64,000 nt of DNA from an uncultured Candidatus Poseidoniales archaeon (GCA_964389655.1 CAYMED010000003.1:1-64000); one strand, 5' to 3'; positions 9,832-19,408 are shown, counted from the stretch's first letter. Translations and numbers: made by a program. The notes: generated by a model not told the origin, from the sequence alone.

Positions 9832-10878
9832 ATGAAGACAAGCCGGACTAGAACTTTTGCCATGACCACACTACTGTTACTTATTCTCACCGCCTTCACA
9901 GGCACCGCAAATGCACAACGTGATGTGGAAGATCGAGAGATGACAGAAGAAGTATGCGAAGATGCGGGGGGGAAATGGGCAGAAGATCGGGGCGTGTGCT
10001 ACGAAAAAGAATTAGATGAAAGAAAGTTCTCCCCTGAGGTTTGTCGAGAAAAAAGGCTTGGATGGGATGAATCCACTGGTGAATGTGATTGGCCGGAAGA
10101 GAGAGATGACTTCGATGTGCGAGAATGTTTTGCACTTAGGGAACACTATGCTGCAATGTCGAAATCTGATGAGGGATTCGAACGAATGGAAATCGCCCTC
10201 GATCATTGCTGGCCTGCTAAAGTAGATATGCGAGATGAGGATGGAGACAAAATGAGAAAAATGTGTTCTCGATTTGGCCATGACGGAAATAAAGATTGGA
10301 GTCGGGATGACAAGGACAGGGACAAGGATCAGGATCGTGAAACATCGGCTGAAGGGCGTCAGTCGGATGGTGATGACAACGATCACAGCCATGATGATGA
10401 CCGGGATGAACGAGAAAGCGACGTACAAAAAGATTGGAATGGAAAATGGGACAATAACAAAGAAGAGGCGAAGATCAGACACCTGTGCCGGCGGATGATC
10501 GATAAATCGGATGATAAACGAGATTTAGAGCGCCCGGACATTCGCCGCTTAGTAGATATGTGCAAACGTGTCAATGATTCCGACGATTCAAGCAAAGGCA
10601 TCACCAGTGAAGAAAAAGGCCTTCTTAGCGAGAAATGCCTTGAAATTTCAGACAAATTATCAATCATAGTCGATGAAAAAAGAGATCAGCGCGTGCAAGA
10701 CCTCCGAGATCGAATCAAAGACCAAGTTGAACGAATTCAGGGCGTAGATAATGGGCATGAAAAGTTAGACCGAATGAAGGACCTCCGAAATCGTGCTGAA
10801 GATCTTCGTGATCGAATGGGAATGCTTGATGATGATAAAGGCCCACGAGACTATATTGAAGATCCCCTTGATCTGTGA
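9832..10878 (+). CDS. secreted, highly charged Cys-containing hypothetical protein
   Basis: Signal peptide ending ANA; D/E/K/R-rich; two EVC.....W.....C repeats; AGGTG RBS. Confidence 0.75.
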   Translation: MKTSRTRTFAMTTLLLLILTAFTGTANAQRDVEDREMTEEVCEDAGGKWAEDRGVCYEKELDERKFSPEVCREKRLGWDESTGECDWPEERDDFDVRECFALREHYAAMSKSDEGFERMEIALDHCWPAKVDMRDEDGDKMRKMCSRFGHDGNKDWSRDDKDRDKDQDRETSAEGRQSDGDDNDHSHDDDRDERESDVQKDWNGKWDNNKEEAKIRHLCRRMIDKSDDKRDLERPDIRRLVDMCKRVNDSDDSSKGITSEEKGLLSEKCLEISDKLSIIVDEKRDQRVQDLRDRIKDQVERIQGVDNGHEKLDRMKDLRNRAEDLRDRMGMLDDDKGPRDYIEDPLDL

Positions 10879-10936
10879 AAACCGGACACCCACATTAGGG
10901 TGATCGTTTTATCGCTAAGCCCATTTATTCCAACAC

Positions 10937-13471
10937 ATGCGGGGTCCTAATATGCTGCCCAAATCACGACCAAGGGCGCCTGTCCACGCATCAACAATCA
11001 TCACAACCATGCTCATTCTAGCACTACTACCCCTCGTATCCCAGTCAAATATATTTCATGGGGAACAACGGTTCATACAAAAATGGGGCCCAGGTGTTGA
11101 ATACGCTCCCCAGCACATCCCAGAAGGACAGAACCTAACATGGGCTAATGGAACATATGACTTAGGCGATAATCTCACCATAAAGGACGGGGCACACCTC
11201 AAAATCCAGAATGCAACTGTGAAAATTTCCTCTGGATCAAGTGGACTGACACATCTTAGGGTCGCACCAGGTGGATTATTGTCAATCATCAATAGCACCC
11301 TATCATCAAATGGCACCAACACATGGATGATTGAATCATGGGGTGAAGTGTTGATTCAAAATAGTGAGCTCTTGGATATGGGAGGGTTGACAAACATAAG
11401 CGCACAAGGTGCACAATTCATTGGGGGAAATTTATCTGCAGAAAATGTTTCAGTTCGTGGAGGAAAGGGGACTGGAATTGTTCTAGATCACGCAAATGCA
11501 ACAATCAACAGGTCTACTATTGAAGTGCCAGGTGATGGGATACATTGTTCGTCATCTCAAGTTGAAATTGACAATTTGGATGTATTAGATGCAGTTGTTG
11601 CAGTCGCATCAATGGATTGTACAATTGGGCTTAATCAAGTCACTTTAGATGGACAAAATTCAACTGGAATATTTGTTGAAGGAGGATCATTCGATGCAAA
11701 AAACATATCCATATCAGGGGGCTTGGCGGGAGCTATTCTTTCGAAAACACAGGCAAAAATCGAAAACATGGTAATTATAGGGTCACAAGACATAGGGCTT
11801 GGAATTGACACATCCACATTACTAAAGTGGTCGAACATTGATGTGTCTGGCACTAAGGGTGATGCAATCGTATTGGACAATCTTTCAGGACCATTTCTCG
11901 GTCCATCCCTAGAGGACAAATGGGATAACAATGATGGATATGATCTGACGGTTTCTGGAAATTGGATGCCACAAGCAACCCATGACGACCTCAAAGTATC
12001 TCTTGAAGGATGGCTCATCGCTAGTTCATCAGACATCTCATTTGATGGGCTTGAGCTTGAAGTGGGCAGTAATTTGGTAGGAACTGCAGGACTATTTGTC
12101 GGTGGAGATAGAAATATGAAACTCACCAATGGAAGTATTTCTGCTATAAGCGGGACTGATTGGAACCTCAACGTAAACTCATCGGGAAAAATAATTCTTG
12201 AAAACATGATCCTAATAGACCCTGGACAACTTGAAGGGGACCCTGCATTTTCTGGCCTGAATATGTATGCCGGAGAAATGCGCATGACGGATGTCGTTGT
12301 TGCTTCACAATATGGGTACACCCTTCAAGTTCATTCAGGTGCCTCGGTTTTTGTCAATGGGGGAGAATTCATTGGAGGTGAAGGAATAGTAATTGATGGA
12401 GGAAAGCTCAATTTATCAAAATCAAAAATCATCTCATCCTACAATGTTGGGTTCATGGCCATCGATGCTGAAGTAGAAATCGATGGTCTAAACATCACAG
12501 ATCCTGCAGGAGGAGGAGCATTCATCAGCAATCCATCGCGCGCTAGTATCACTAATCTAGAAGTGAATAACTCTGATAAATGGGGTGTTTGGGTCGAAGA
12601 TGGAGCAGAGGTATATGCGGAAAATTGGAAGATTCATTCAAGTGCTGCGGAAGGTCTGATAATTAGAGATTCATCCCTCACCCCAGCTCCTTTCAATTCT
12701 AGCCAAGGCGCACCGAAAGGAGTAGATATATTCAACACCACCAAGGATGGTGTATACTGTGAAAGGAGTATATTCACCCCACATCTCAGCCTCGATAAGG
12801 GGTTTGACAACGGTATCAACGCTACGGGGTGCGTATTTTCAAGTGTTGAAGCATCAAGACACCTTGGATGGGATGCGGTATTGCGGCAATCAACCCTACA
12901 ATTTACTGGAGACACCTCACAACCAGGGCTACTAGGGAGGATGATACGCTTTGATACATGGAATATCAACCTCATTGATGCATCCGGTAAATCAGTCAAT
13001 GGACCTTTTATCCTGAATTTGAGCACAAACATGAATCAAGAAAAATGGATTACCATAGGAGATGGAAACACTTCCACCAATGCAGAATTCATCACTGAAA
13101 TCGATGACGGACGGGGAAATACAAGTGTTTTGGAATGGATTGAATATGCCGGAGGAAATGGAAATATATCCACACAACGCATAAGTGTAGATGCATCTGA
13201 AAAAGGATCTCGTTCGATAACGCTCCTAACCGTTGCCACTGATCCATCTAACCCCTTCAGCAGTCTTGGGGGCGCGGCTTCGGCGGGATGGTTCATTTTC
13301 GGCATTGCAATAGGACTTGCTGCAATCCTTGGACTATTATTCCTCATTGTGAAAGGAGCCGATGAAAAGGAAGAAATGGAAGCGCTCGGTGAGTTGAAGA
13401 ACACTCTAGAAAAGATTCCAAAAAGTACGAATCAATCGACAACCGAGGAACCTGAAGGTGACATCGCATGA
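10937..13471 (+). CDS. membrane-anchored right-handed parallel beta-helix repeat protein
   Basis: N-terminal hydrophobic segment, long run of G-hydrophobic/N-x-T beta-helix-like repeats, C-terminal TM helix. Confidence 0.75.
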   Translation: MRGPNMLPKSRPRAPVHASTIITTMLILALLPLVSQSNIFHGEQRFIQKWGPGVEYAPQHIPEGQNLTWANGTYDLGDNLTIKDGAHLKIQNATVKISSGSSGLTHLRVAPGGLLSIINSTLSSNGTNTWMIESWGEVLIQNSELLDMGGLTNISAQGAQFIGGNLSAENVSVRGGKGTGIVLDHANATINRSTIEVPGDGIHCSSSQVEIDNLDVLDAVVAVASMDCTIGLNQVTLDGQNSTGIFVEGGSFDAKNISISGGLAGAILSKTQAKIENMVIIGSQDIGLGIDTSTLLKWSNIDVSGTKGDAIVLDNLSGPFLGPSLEDKWDNNDGYDLTVSGNWMPQATHDDLKVSLEGWLIASSSDISFDGLELEVGSNLVGTAGLFVGGDRNMKLTNGSISAISGTDWNLNVNSSGKIILENMILIDPGQLEGDPAFSGLNMYAGEMRMTDVVVASQYGYTLQVHSGASVFVNGGEFIGGEGIVIDGGKLNLSKSKIISSYNVGFMAIDAEVEIDGLNITDPAGGGAFISNPSRASITNLEVNNSDKWGVWVEDGAEVYAENWKIHSSAAEGLIIRDSSLTPAPFNSSQGAPKGVDIFNTTKDGVYCERSIFTPHLSLDKGFDNGINATGCVFSSVEASRHLGWDAVLRQSTLQFTGDTSQPGLLGRMIRFDTWNINLIDASGKSVNGPFILNLSTNMNQEKWITIGDGNTSTNAEFITEIDDGRGNTSVLEWIEYAGGNGNISTQRISVDASEKGSRSITLLTVATDPSNPFSSLGGAASAGWFIFGIAIGLAAILGLLFLIVKGADEKEEMEALGELKNTLEKIPKSTNQSTTEEPEGDIA

Positions 13472-13737
13472 GCGCCATGCTCACTGTGATCCTTCTTGGA
13501 GCAACTTCGGCCATTGCACTTACCCTTGTTGTTGTTGCGGGGCTTTCTTGGCGGCGGGACAATACAAATACGATGCTTTTGGTATCATGCGCCTTTGGAT
13601 TGATTGCCTTGCGCTCAATATTACTTTTTTCAGTATCATGGGCACAATCACTTCAGGCAACACTCCTAGACTGGCGACTGGCAATCCTAGAACTGGCCGC
13701 GCTTGTGTTGCTCGCAGCGACCTTGGTGCGGAGGTGA
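13468..13737 (+). CDS. small 3-TM membrane protein
   Basis: 89 aa, three hydrophobic helices; AGGTGA RBS and ATGA overlap with the upstream stop. Confidence 0.7.
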   Translation: MSAMLTVILLGATSAIALTLVVVAGLSWRRDNTNTMLLVSCAFGLIALRSILLFSVSWAQSLQATLLDWRLAILELAALVLLAATLVRR

Positions 13738-13744
13738 ACAATGC

Positions 13745-14266
13745 GTGGGCGCTCAAAGGCGCAAGGAGGAGGGAGGAAATAAGAGAGAGCGGCTTCACTC
13801 AATTATCAAGAATGAACCCGGCTTAACTACAAGTGAAATTGTCAAGAAGAGCGGCTTTTCACGGAGTGTCGTAAGACACCACCTAAACAAATTATTGAGG
13901 GAAGAAAGCATAGTTATTCATCAAAATGGACGCTCCCAGCACCACTTTATTTCAGGGTCAATTACATTGCATGACCAAGCCAATTTAGCACACCTCCGAG
14001 AAGGGCCAGTTCGGCGAGTTGTGCTAACAATTGCAAGTCATCCGAAAACCACATTCACAGATTTAATGGGATTACTGGAGATGTCGCCTTCATCCCTCCA
14101 TGACAATTGCAAAAAACTTGAGCGACTTGGCTTAATTAACAGGAAAAAAGATGGAAACACATATTTTACCATAACAGATCCAAAATTATTGCACACTCTT
14201 CTAACGAAAATTCAGAGTAGCCTCCTTGATCGCTTAGTAGACCACTTTTTAGATTCTTGGAAGTAG
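13745..14266 (+). CDS. double winged helix-turn-helix transcriptional regulator
   Basis: R..L...I...PG....EI......SRSVVRHHL..L and a second wHTH (TDLMGLLEMSPSSLHDNCKKLERLGLI); GTG 7 nt after GGAGGTGA. Confidence 0.8.
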   Translation: MGAQRRKEEGGNKRERLHSIIKNEPGLTTSEIVKKSGFSRSVVRHHLNKLLREESIVIHQNGRSQHHFISGSITLHDQANLAHLREGPVRRVVLTIASHPKTTFTDLMGLLEMSPSSLHDNCKKLERLGLINRKKDGNTYFTITDPKLLHTLLTKIQSSLLDRLVDHFLDSWK

Positions 14267-14333
14267 TGCTGGGAAAAGAGATATTGTGGGTTTCTGCGAT
14301 GCCTTGATGCACCGACCCCGGTGAGGCCCCTAT

Positions 14334-15140
14334 ATGGTAAAAATAAAGCCCGACGTACGTCGTTCAGAAAGACCACAAGATGCTTTGAGAGATGTGAAGA
14401 TTGAGATTGATATTACTGAGAATGCACTCGCCTCAGTGATTTGGCGGCAAGGCAACACAGTAGTTCTTGCTTGTGCTACCTGCGCGAGATCATTGCCGAG
14501 ATGGATGCCAAAAGATGCTGATCGTGGCTGGATTCATGCTGAATATTCACTCTTGCCTGCATCCACAGATACACGATTTGGAAGAGAAAGAAGAGGTGCG
14601 AAAGGTAGGACTGCTGAAATTGAGCGCCTTATCGCAAGATCTCTTCGCTCTTCAGCAGATCTAGAAGCATTGGGACCGTTATCTATTACAATCGATTGCG
14701 ATGTCCTCAATGCCGATGGGGGGACACGTTGCGCCTCAATCAGTGCTGCCATGGTTGCCCTACGGTTAGCCGTTCGTCGGTTGATTGCACAAGGAAGATG
14801 CCTTCCTACTGAATTGCGGCCTGAATTCGATGAAAAGGCAACCACCTTAAATTCAGAACAGAAAGCCGCACATGAGGCCACAGTTCTACCGCATGACATT
14901 GCAGCAATTAGTGTTGGACTTGTAGACAAGGAAGTATACCTTGATCTAGATTATGCGCTAGATGCTAACGCTGATGTAGACATGAATGTCGTCATGAGGG
15001 ATGATGGCACATTTGTAGAAATTCAAGGCACAGGTGAAGAAGCATCCTATAGCCGAACCGAACTTGATCAACTGATTGATCTTGCGAGCCAAGGAATCAC
15101 AGAACTTCAACAAAAAATACGTGAAGCATGCAAATTGTAA
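14334..15140 (+). CDS. rph: ribonuclease PH (bacterial type)
   Basis: GWIHAEYSLLPAST..R..RE...GRTAEIERLIARSLR, DCDVLNADGGTRCASI, LDLDY..D..ADVDMNVV, EIQGTGE. Confidence 0.9.
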   Translation: MVKIKPDVRRSERPQDALRDVKIEIDITENALASVIWRQGNTVVLACATCARSLPRWMPKDADRGWIHAEYSLLPASTDTRFGRERRGAKGRTAEIERLIARSLRSSADLEALGPLSITIDCDVLNADGGTRCASISAAMVALRLAVRRLIAQGRCLPTELRPEFDEKATTLNSEQKAAHEATVLPHDIAAISVGLVDKEVYLDLDYALDANADVDMNVVMRDDGTFVEIQGTGEEASYSRTELDQLIDLASQGITELQQKIREACKL

Positions 15141-15141
15141 A

Positions 15142-15217
15142 TGGTGGGACTGGCCGGACTTGAACCAGCGGCCTCCGCATCTTCAGTGCGGCGCTCTCCC
15201 AGCTGAGCTACAGTCCC
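15142..15217 (-). tRNA. tRNA-Phe (GAA), CCA encoded
   Basis: Reverse complement GGGACTGTAGCTCAGCTGGGAGAGCGCCGCACTGAAGATGCGGAGGCCGCTGGTTCAAGTCCGGCCAGTCCCACCA; anticodon stem CCGCA/TGCGG. Confidence 0.96.
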
Positions 15218-15319
15218 GTAGCACGCTGCCCTATCTGCTAACTCGTTTGATCCTTTCCAAAAGTGAAGTAGAAAACAAACAAGGATGATCTTTGAATATA
15301 AGATCAATGTCGAATATAC

Positions 15320-17884
15320 ATGCACCCCGCATTTCGGATTCTTGCTGTCACTGGCGTACTGATGTTGGCACCGCTATTGACCCCACTTGCCAATCCAAAT
15401 GGAAATGTAACTAACAATGGCTGTACATGCCATGGCTCTGTTGGAGGAGTTACGATCTCAATTGAAGGCCCACCCACGTGGGACCCTGACGTAACATACC
15501 CAATATGGGTCAATGCAACCGGCTCTCTTTCTGGAAATGAAGGAGGATTCAACCTTGCCACAAATGAGGGTTTTTTCGTAGCCACATCTCCTGATGCGCA
15601 AATCGATTCATCAACTGGAAAAGCAACCCACAAGACATCTGCTTCAAGGTCATGGAGAATTGAATGGCGAGCCCCCTCCAGTTCGAGTGCAGCTACTGAT
15701 GCAACATTTACGGCATTTGCTTTGCTAGCAAATGGAGACGGGATGCAAAGTTCGGCTGATGATTGGGGTGGGCCATTTACTGCAACAATAGACAGATCTC
15801 CTGAACCGCCTCTTGCGATAAGCCCATCAGTTGAACCGAGTGACGCAACAGGAGATGATGACCTCACTCTGACATATACCTATCAATCACCCACAGGAAC
15901 TGCCGAATCAGGAACAATCATCCGATGGTACAGGGATGGAACACACTTACCCGCATACGACCAATTGAAGACTGTCGGTTCCGGAGAAGTTCGTCGAGAT
16001 CAGGTGTGGAATGTCACTTTGATTGTCTCAGACGGTACATTGTCCGGTGACGCTATTGATGTCGATGGACCATATGTCCAAAACGCACCACCGATCGCCA
16101 GCGGGTCAATTTCACCAGCAGTCCCACAGGAATCGGATGACCTTCTACTCTCACCTCAATTTACAGACGGAGATGATGAACCCATTCTAGATTCGGAAGT
16201 CCGATGGACTGTCGATGGAAGCGAAAGCCAGATTCATGCAAATGCTAACACGATTTCCTCGGCCCATACAAGTAACGGGCAAACGTGGATTGCAGAAGGG
16301 CGGGCACAAGATACGGAGGGTTGGGGACAATGGTTTGAAATCGGGCGCGCCGTGATTGGAATCGCAAACCTTGCACCCACAGTAACAAATGTGCAGATCA
16401 CACCAGTAAACCCAAAAACAACATCAGAATTATCTGTTAATTGGGATTTTTCAGACCCTGAAGGAGTAGTGCAGCAAAATGCGGTTCTGCATTGGTACCG
16501 TAATGGATCACACATTGTAGCACATGATGGCCTCAATCCCTTGCCACCATCTGCAATTGCGAAGGGACAAGTGTGGTTTGTCGAAGTCAGGGGAAATGAT
16601 GGGGTCCGTCTCAGTGCACCAGTAAACTCATCAGAAGTGGTTATTCAGAACTCTAATCCTAGAATCATATCCGCATCAATTGGCCCAGGTAACCCAACAA
16701 CGCAGGACAATCTAACAGTGAGTTTTCTTTCAGATGATCCAGATGGTGACAATATCTCAACCTCAATTGCGTGGGTACTAGATGGAACCACTGCATCAGA
16801 ATTAGCAAACGTATCCATTGTACCCCATGACTTAACAGAAAAAGGGCAAATGTGGAAGGCCGTCTTAACACCAAGTGATGGTTTTTCCCAAGGTGCTCAA
16901 TTCACCGTAGGACCCATTCAAATTGGCAACATTCTACCTACTGCCAAAATAATAGTACCTAATTCGACAACGAGCCTTGAAAATATAACCCCGGATGTGT
17001 TAGTAGAGGATCTTGACGGAGATGTTGTCAACTTACAATGGGTTTGGCGCAAAAACGGAATTCGCGTTAGTGCATTAGATAATATGAGCCAAATCAATCT
17101 CGAACGCCTATCTCCAGGGCAATTATGGACGGCAGAAGTAACTCCATCAGATGACAACAGTATTGGCCAAACAACTTATGCCACAATCGAAATTATCGAT
17201 ATTCCACCGGTCATAAACGTTCATGTTGAAAAAGGTGTTGTGTGGGCTGGGATTATTTCAACTCTCAATGCAAGTGGGAGCATAGATCATGATGGCAACG
17301 TGCATACCGCCACCTGGCTGATTGAAGGTGAAACCCTTACTGGATTAATAGTGGAATATCGATTCTTAGCACCGGGAAATATCAGTTACTCGATAGAAGT
17401 ACGAGATATGCGTGGGACCTCGACGTGGGAGAATAAAAGTCTCATTGTTCAAGAGTTGCCAGTACCCATTAACCTTGTAGCAAGCATGCAAAGTGCAGAT
17501 GTGATCAATCTTCAGTGGAATGTTGCGACGAGCATACCTGGTGAAATCAAGTGGGCTATTTTCCGTTCCACATCACCCATCACTGATGAGAATCTAGTTG
17601 ATCTTTCTCCATTGAAATTTAGTTCAAATAAGTCAGCAACAATCAATGAGTCAATCGCCGGAGAAGTCTATTATCTAGTCTTACCAAGCATTGATGGGAA
17701 ACACCCCCTAAATGTAGATGCAGGTATTTCAACAAAGTACACAATAATTGTCGAAGAAAACCTAGAATCGGCCACTCCCTCTGGGTCTATCCCCTCTAAG
17801 ACATCATACTTGGTATTCTTTTGGATTGCTACGGCAATTATTGCACTATCTGCAGCATTGATTCGGTCGGGTCGGAGGGAATAG
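15320..17884 (+). CDS. large surface protein: reeler/choice-of-anchor-V-like N-domain with CxCH, five Ig/cadherin-like repeats, PKD, FN3-like domain, C-terminal TM anchor
   Basis: Signal peptide then NPNG...GCTCHG...GGFNL...WRAP; five ~93-aa repeats (N..P...D.DG...W..DG...GQ.W.....DG); LNASGSIDHDG PKD motif; TM plus RSGRRE. Confidence 0.8.
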   Translation: MHPAFRILAVTGVLMLAPLLTPLANPNGNVTNNGCTCHGSVGGVTISIEGPPTWDPDVTYPIWVNATGSLSGNEGGFNLATNEGFFVATSPDAQIDSSTGKATHKTSASRSWRIEWRAPSSSSAATDATFTAFALLANGDGMQSSADDWGGPFTATIDRSPEPPLAISPSVEPSDATGDDDLTLTYTYQSPTGTAESGTIIRWYRDGTHLPAYDQLKTVGSGEVRRDQVWNVTLIVSDGTLSGDAIDVDGPYVQNAPPIASGSISPAVPQESDDLLLSPQFTDGDDEPILDSEVRWTVDGSESQIHANANTISSAHTSNGQTWIAEGRAQDTEGWGQWFEIGRAVIGIANLAPTVTNVQITPVNPKTTSELSVNWDFSDPEGVVQQNAVLHWYRNGSHIVAHDGLNPLPPSAIAKGQVWFVEVRGNDGVRLSAPVNSSEVVIQNSNPRIISASIGPGNPTTQDNLTVSFLSDDPDGDNISTSIAWVLDGTTASELANVSIVPHDLTEKGQMWKAVLTPSDGFSQGAQFTVGPIQIGNILPTAKIIVPNSTTSLENITPDVLVEDLDGDVVNLQWVWRKNGIRVSALDNMSQINLERLSPGQLWTAEVTPSDDNSIGQTTYATIEIIDIPPVINVHVEKGVVWAGIISTLNASGSIDHDGNVHTATWLIEGETLTGLIVEYRFLAPGNISYSIEVRDMRGTSTWENKSLIVQELPVPINLVASMQSADVINLQWNVATSIPGEIKWAIFRSTSPITDENLVDLSPLKFSSNKSATINESIAGEVYYLVLPSIDGKHPLNVDAGISTKYTIIVEENLESATPSGSIPSKTSYLVFFWIATAIIALSAALIRSGRRE

Positions 17885-17885
17885 T

Positions 17886-18833
17886 CTGCGTAAGGGGCAC
17901 TTAATTGCCATATGCTCACTTATCGGACTTCTGGCAATTTCTCCAGCCTTTGAGGCGAACCCGGGAGGGACTGGAGATGGAATACGAGATCATGATTGCG
18001 CGGGCAGTTGCCATGGAGACCGAACTCAATCGGATGATTCTTTAGCTGATATTCGGCTTGAAATTGAAGGTGACCAGATTTGGGTTGGGCAACCCTGCAC
18101 ACTCATCGCGCATATCTCACCAAATGAATTATCAAAACGTGGATTGATAGGGGTATTTCTACTCACTGGAAAAACTGGCGTTAAAGACGATCCAGACTCA
18201 GTTGGATGGGAAATTATTCAAGATCCAAATGGAGGAACTTCAAATTATGTAGAGCGGCGCGTGTTAGATACTTCAGTCAATCAAACACTAAGATGGACGC
18301 TTCTCGCACCTTCAGAAGAAAGTACACAGTCATTTGGTCTGCGGGTTCATCATGGCGGGGTACCTCAGAGAGCAATGTCTGCTGATCTCACTTTGGATAT
18401 GATTGCTGTTGCTGAAAACATACCAGAAGGTGCCCCCATTATTGATCAACACACACCAGCAAAGAGCATCCTGATCGGTCAGGAAACAAGAATTCAGCTT
18501 ATCTCAAATTTGTCCGATCGAGCAACATTGGTGTGGTGGTTAGAAAATGGGGGAGGAATCCAGCGCACTGAAATGAAGAGAAGTGAGGGGGGTGAATGGA
18601 ATGCCAACATCCCAGCCATGCTACGTGAGGGCACTCTTGGATATCGATTTGATATGGAAAATGAGTTGCTATCGATGCAAAGCGCCTCTTTTCAAGCCGA
18701 CATCGCAAGGCCGCCACTTCAAACTTCAATTTCAGGAATCGTTCTCCATTCAGTTGCCATAGGAGCATTATGTTGCAGCCTTGGAATTATTACTGTGCGA
18801 ATAGTTGCCAATGACAGGGAGGAATTTGGTTGA
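17886..18833 (+). CDS. secreted membrane-anchored protein with CxxxCH motif; probable CTG start (315 aa)
   Basis: The frame of ORF 18144 is open back to 17862; CTG at 17886 lies 5 nt after GGAGGGA; adds (M)RKGHLIAICSLIGLLAISPAFEA|NPGGTGDGIRDHDCAGSCHG; C-terminal TM. Confidence 0.75.
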   Translation: MRKGHLIAICSLIGLLAISPAFEANPGGTGDGIRDHDCAGSCHGDRTQSDDSLADIRLEIEGDQIWVGQPCTLIAHISPNELSKRGLIGVFLLTGKTGVKDDPDSVGWEIIQDPNGGTSNYVERRVLDTSVNQTLRWTLLAPSEESTQSFGLRVHHGGVPQRAMSADLTLDMIAVAENIPEGAPIIDQHTPAKSILIGQETRIQLISNLSDRATLVWWLENGGGIQRTEMKRSEGGEWNANIPAMLREGTLGYRFDMENELLSMQSASFQADIARPPLQTSISGIVLHSVAIGALCCSLGIITVRIVANDREEFG

Positions 18834-19408
18834 TAGACCCTTCAATATTCCATGCAGTCTTAACCGAATTAGCTATCGGCATGCTAGCGCTAGCAGCAAT
18901 TTGCCTTGTCCTATGTGCGTCCTCCACGACTTGGTTTGATCAAAGAAAAATAGACACACTAGATGCCGCCGCACATGTTGCCTTGATGGGTGGACTTTTT
19001 TTCCTTCCATTCGCTGTCATTTCTGGAATTAAGACATCTGGGGTATCTGGTCTTGAGGACGCCCGTATTGTGAACAAAATCCTATTTTCATTTGCTGCTT
19101 TTGGTACATGGTCTGCAGTTTTACTCAACCGTCTAGAATGGAAAAAAGGAATATGGGATATTCCTAAACGTGCTTGGGCTCATGCTGTCGTTGGCCAAGT
19201 TGCATTTTTGTTTATCATCATATTGGGAAGTATTGGTGGGGGGTTGGCAAAAGGTGGATCATTGTTGGATCTGTTACCAATACATCCTACATTCAAAGCT
19301 ACAGTTATTCTAGGCCCCATAGGGGCTGGAACTCTTGCTTTAGGAACGCTATCCACCCTTGTATTAATCATCAAAGGCAGGAATGGGCCAAAGAATTACT
19401 CATCGTGA
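18830..19408 (+). CDS. DUF2231-like multi-pass membrane protein
   Basis: H..LTELAIG start, AVISG and GSIGGGL motifs echo the DUF2231 pattern; about 5 TM; TTGA overlap with the upstream stop. Confidence 0.6.
   Translation: MIDPSIFHAVLTELAIGMLALAAICLVLCASSTTWFDQRKIDTLDAAAHVALMGGLFFLPFAVISGIKTSGVSGLEDARIVNKILFSFAAFGTWSAVLLNRLEWKKGIWDIPKRAWAHAVVGQVAFLFIIILGSIGGGLAKGGSLLDLLPIHPTFKATVILGPIGAGTLALGTLSTLVLIIKGRNGPKNYSS

Noticed and set aside
13741-13782. ATG directly after GGAGGTGA as the regulator start
   Set aside because: It stops after 13 codons; the in-frame GTG at 13745 has better RBS spacing
15142-15217. tRNA-Phe or tRNA-Gln as an integration site
   Set aside because: No duplicated tRNA 3' end or integrase noticed in the window
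17912-17953. ATG at 17912 as the start of a frameshifted gene
   Set aside because: It gives only MLTYRTSGNFSSL*; the signal peptide is already continuous in the CTG frame, so no frameshift is needed
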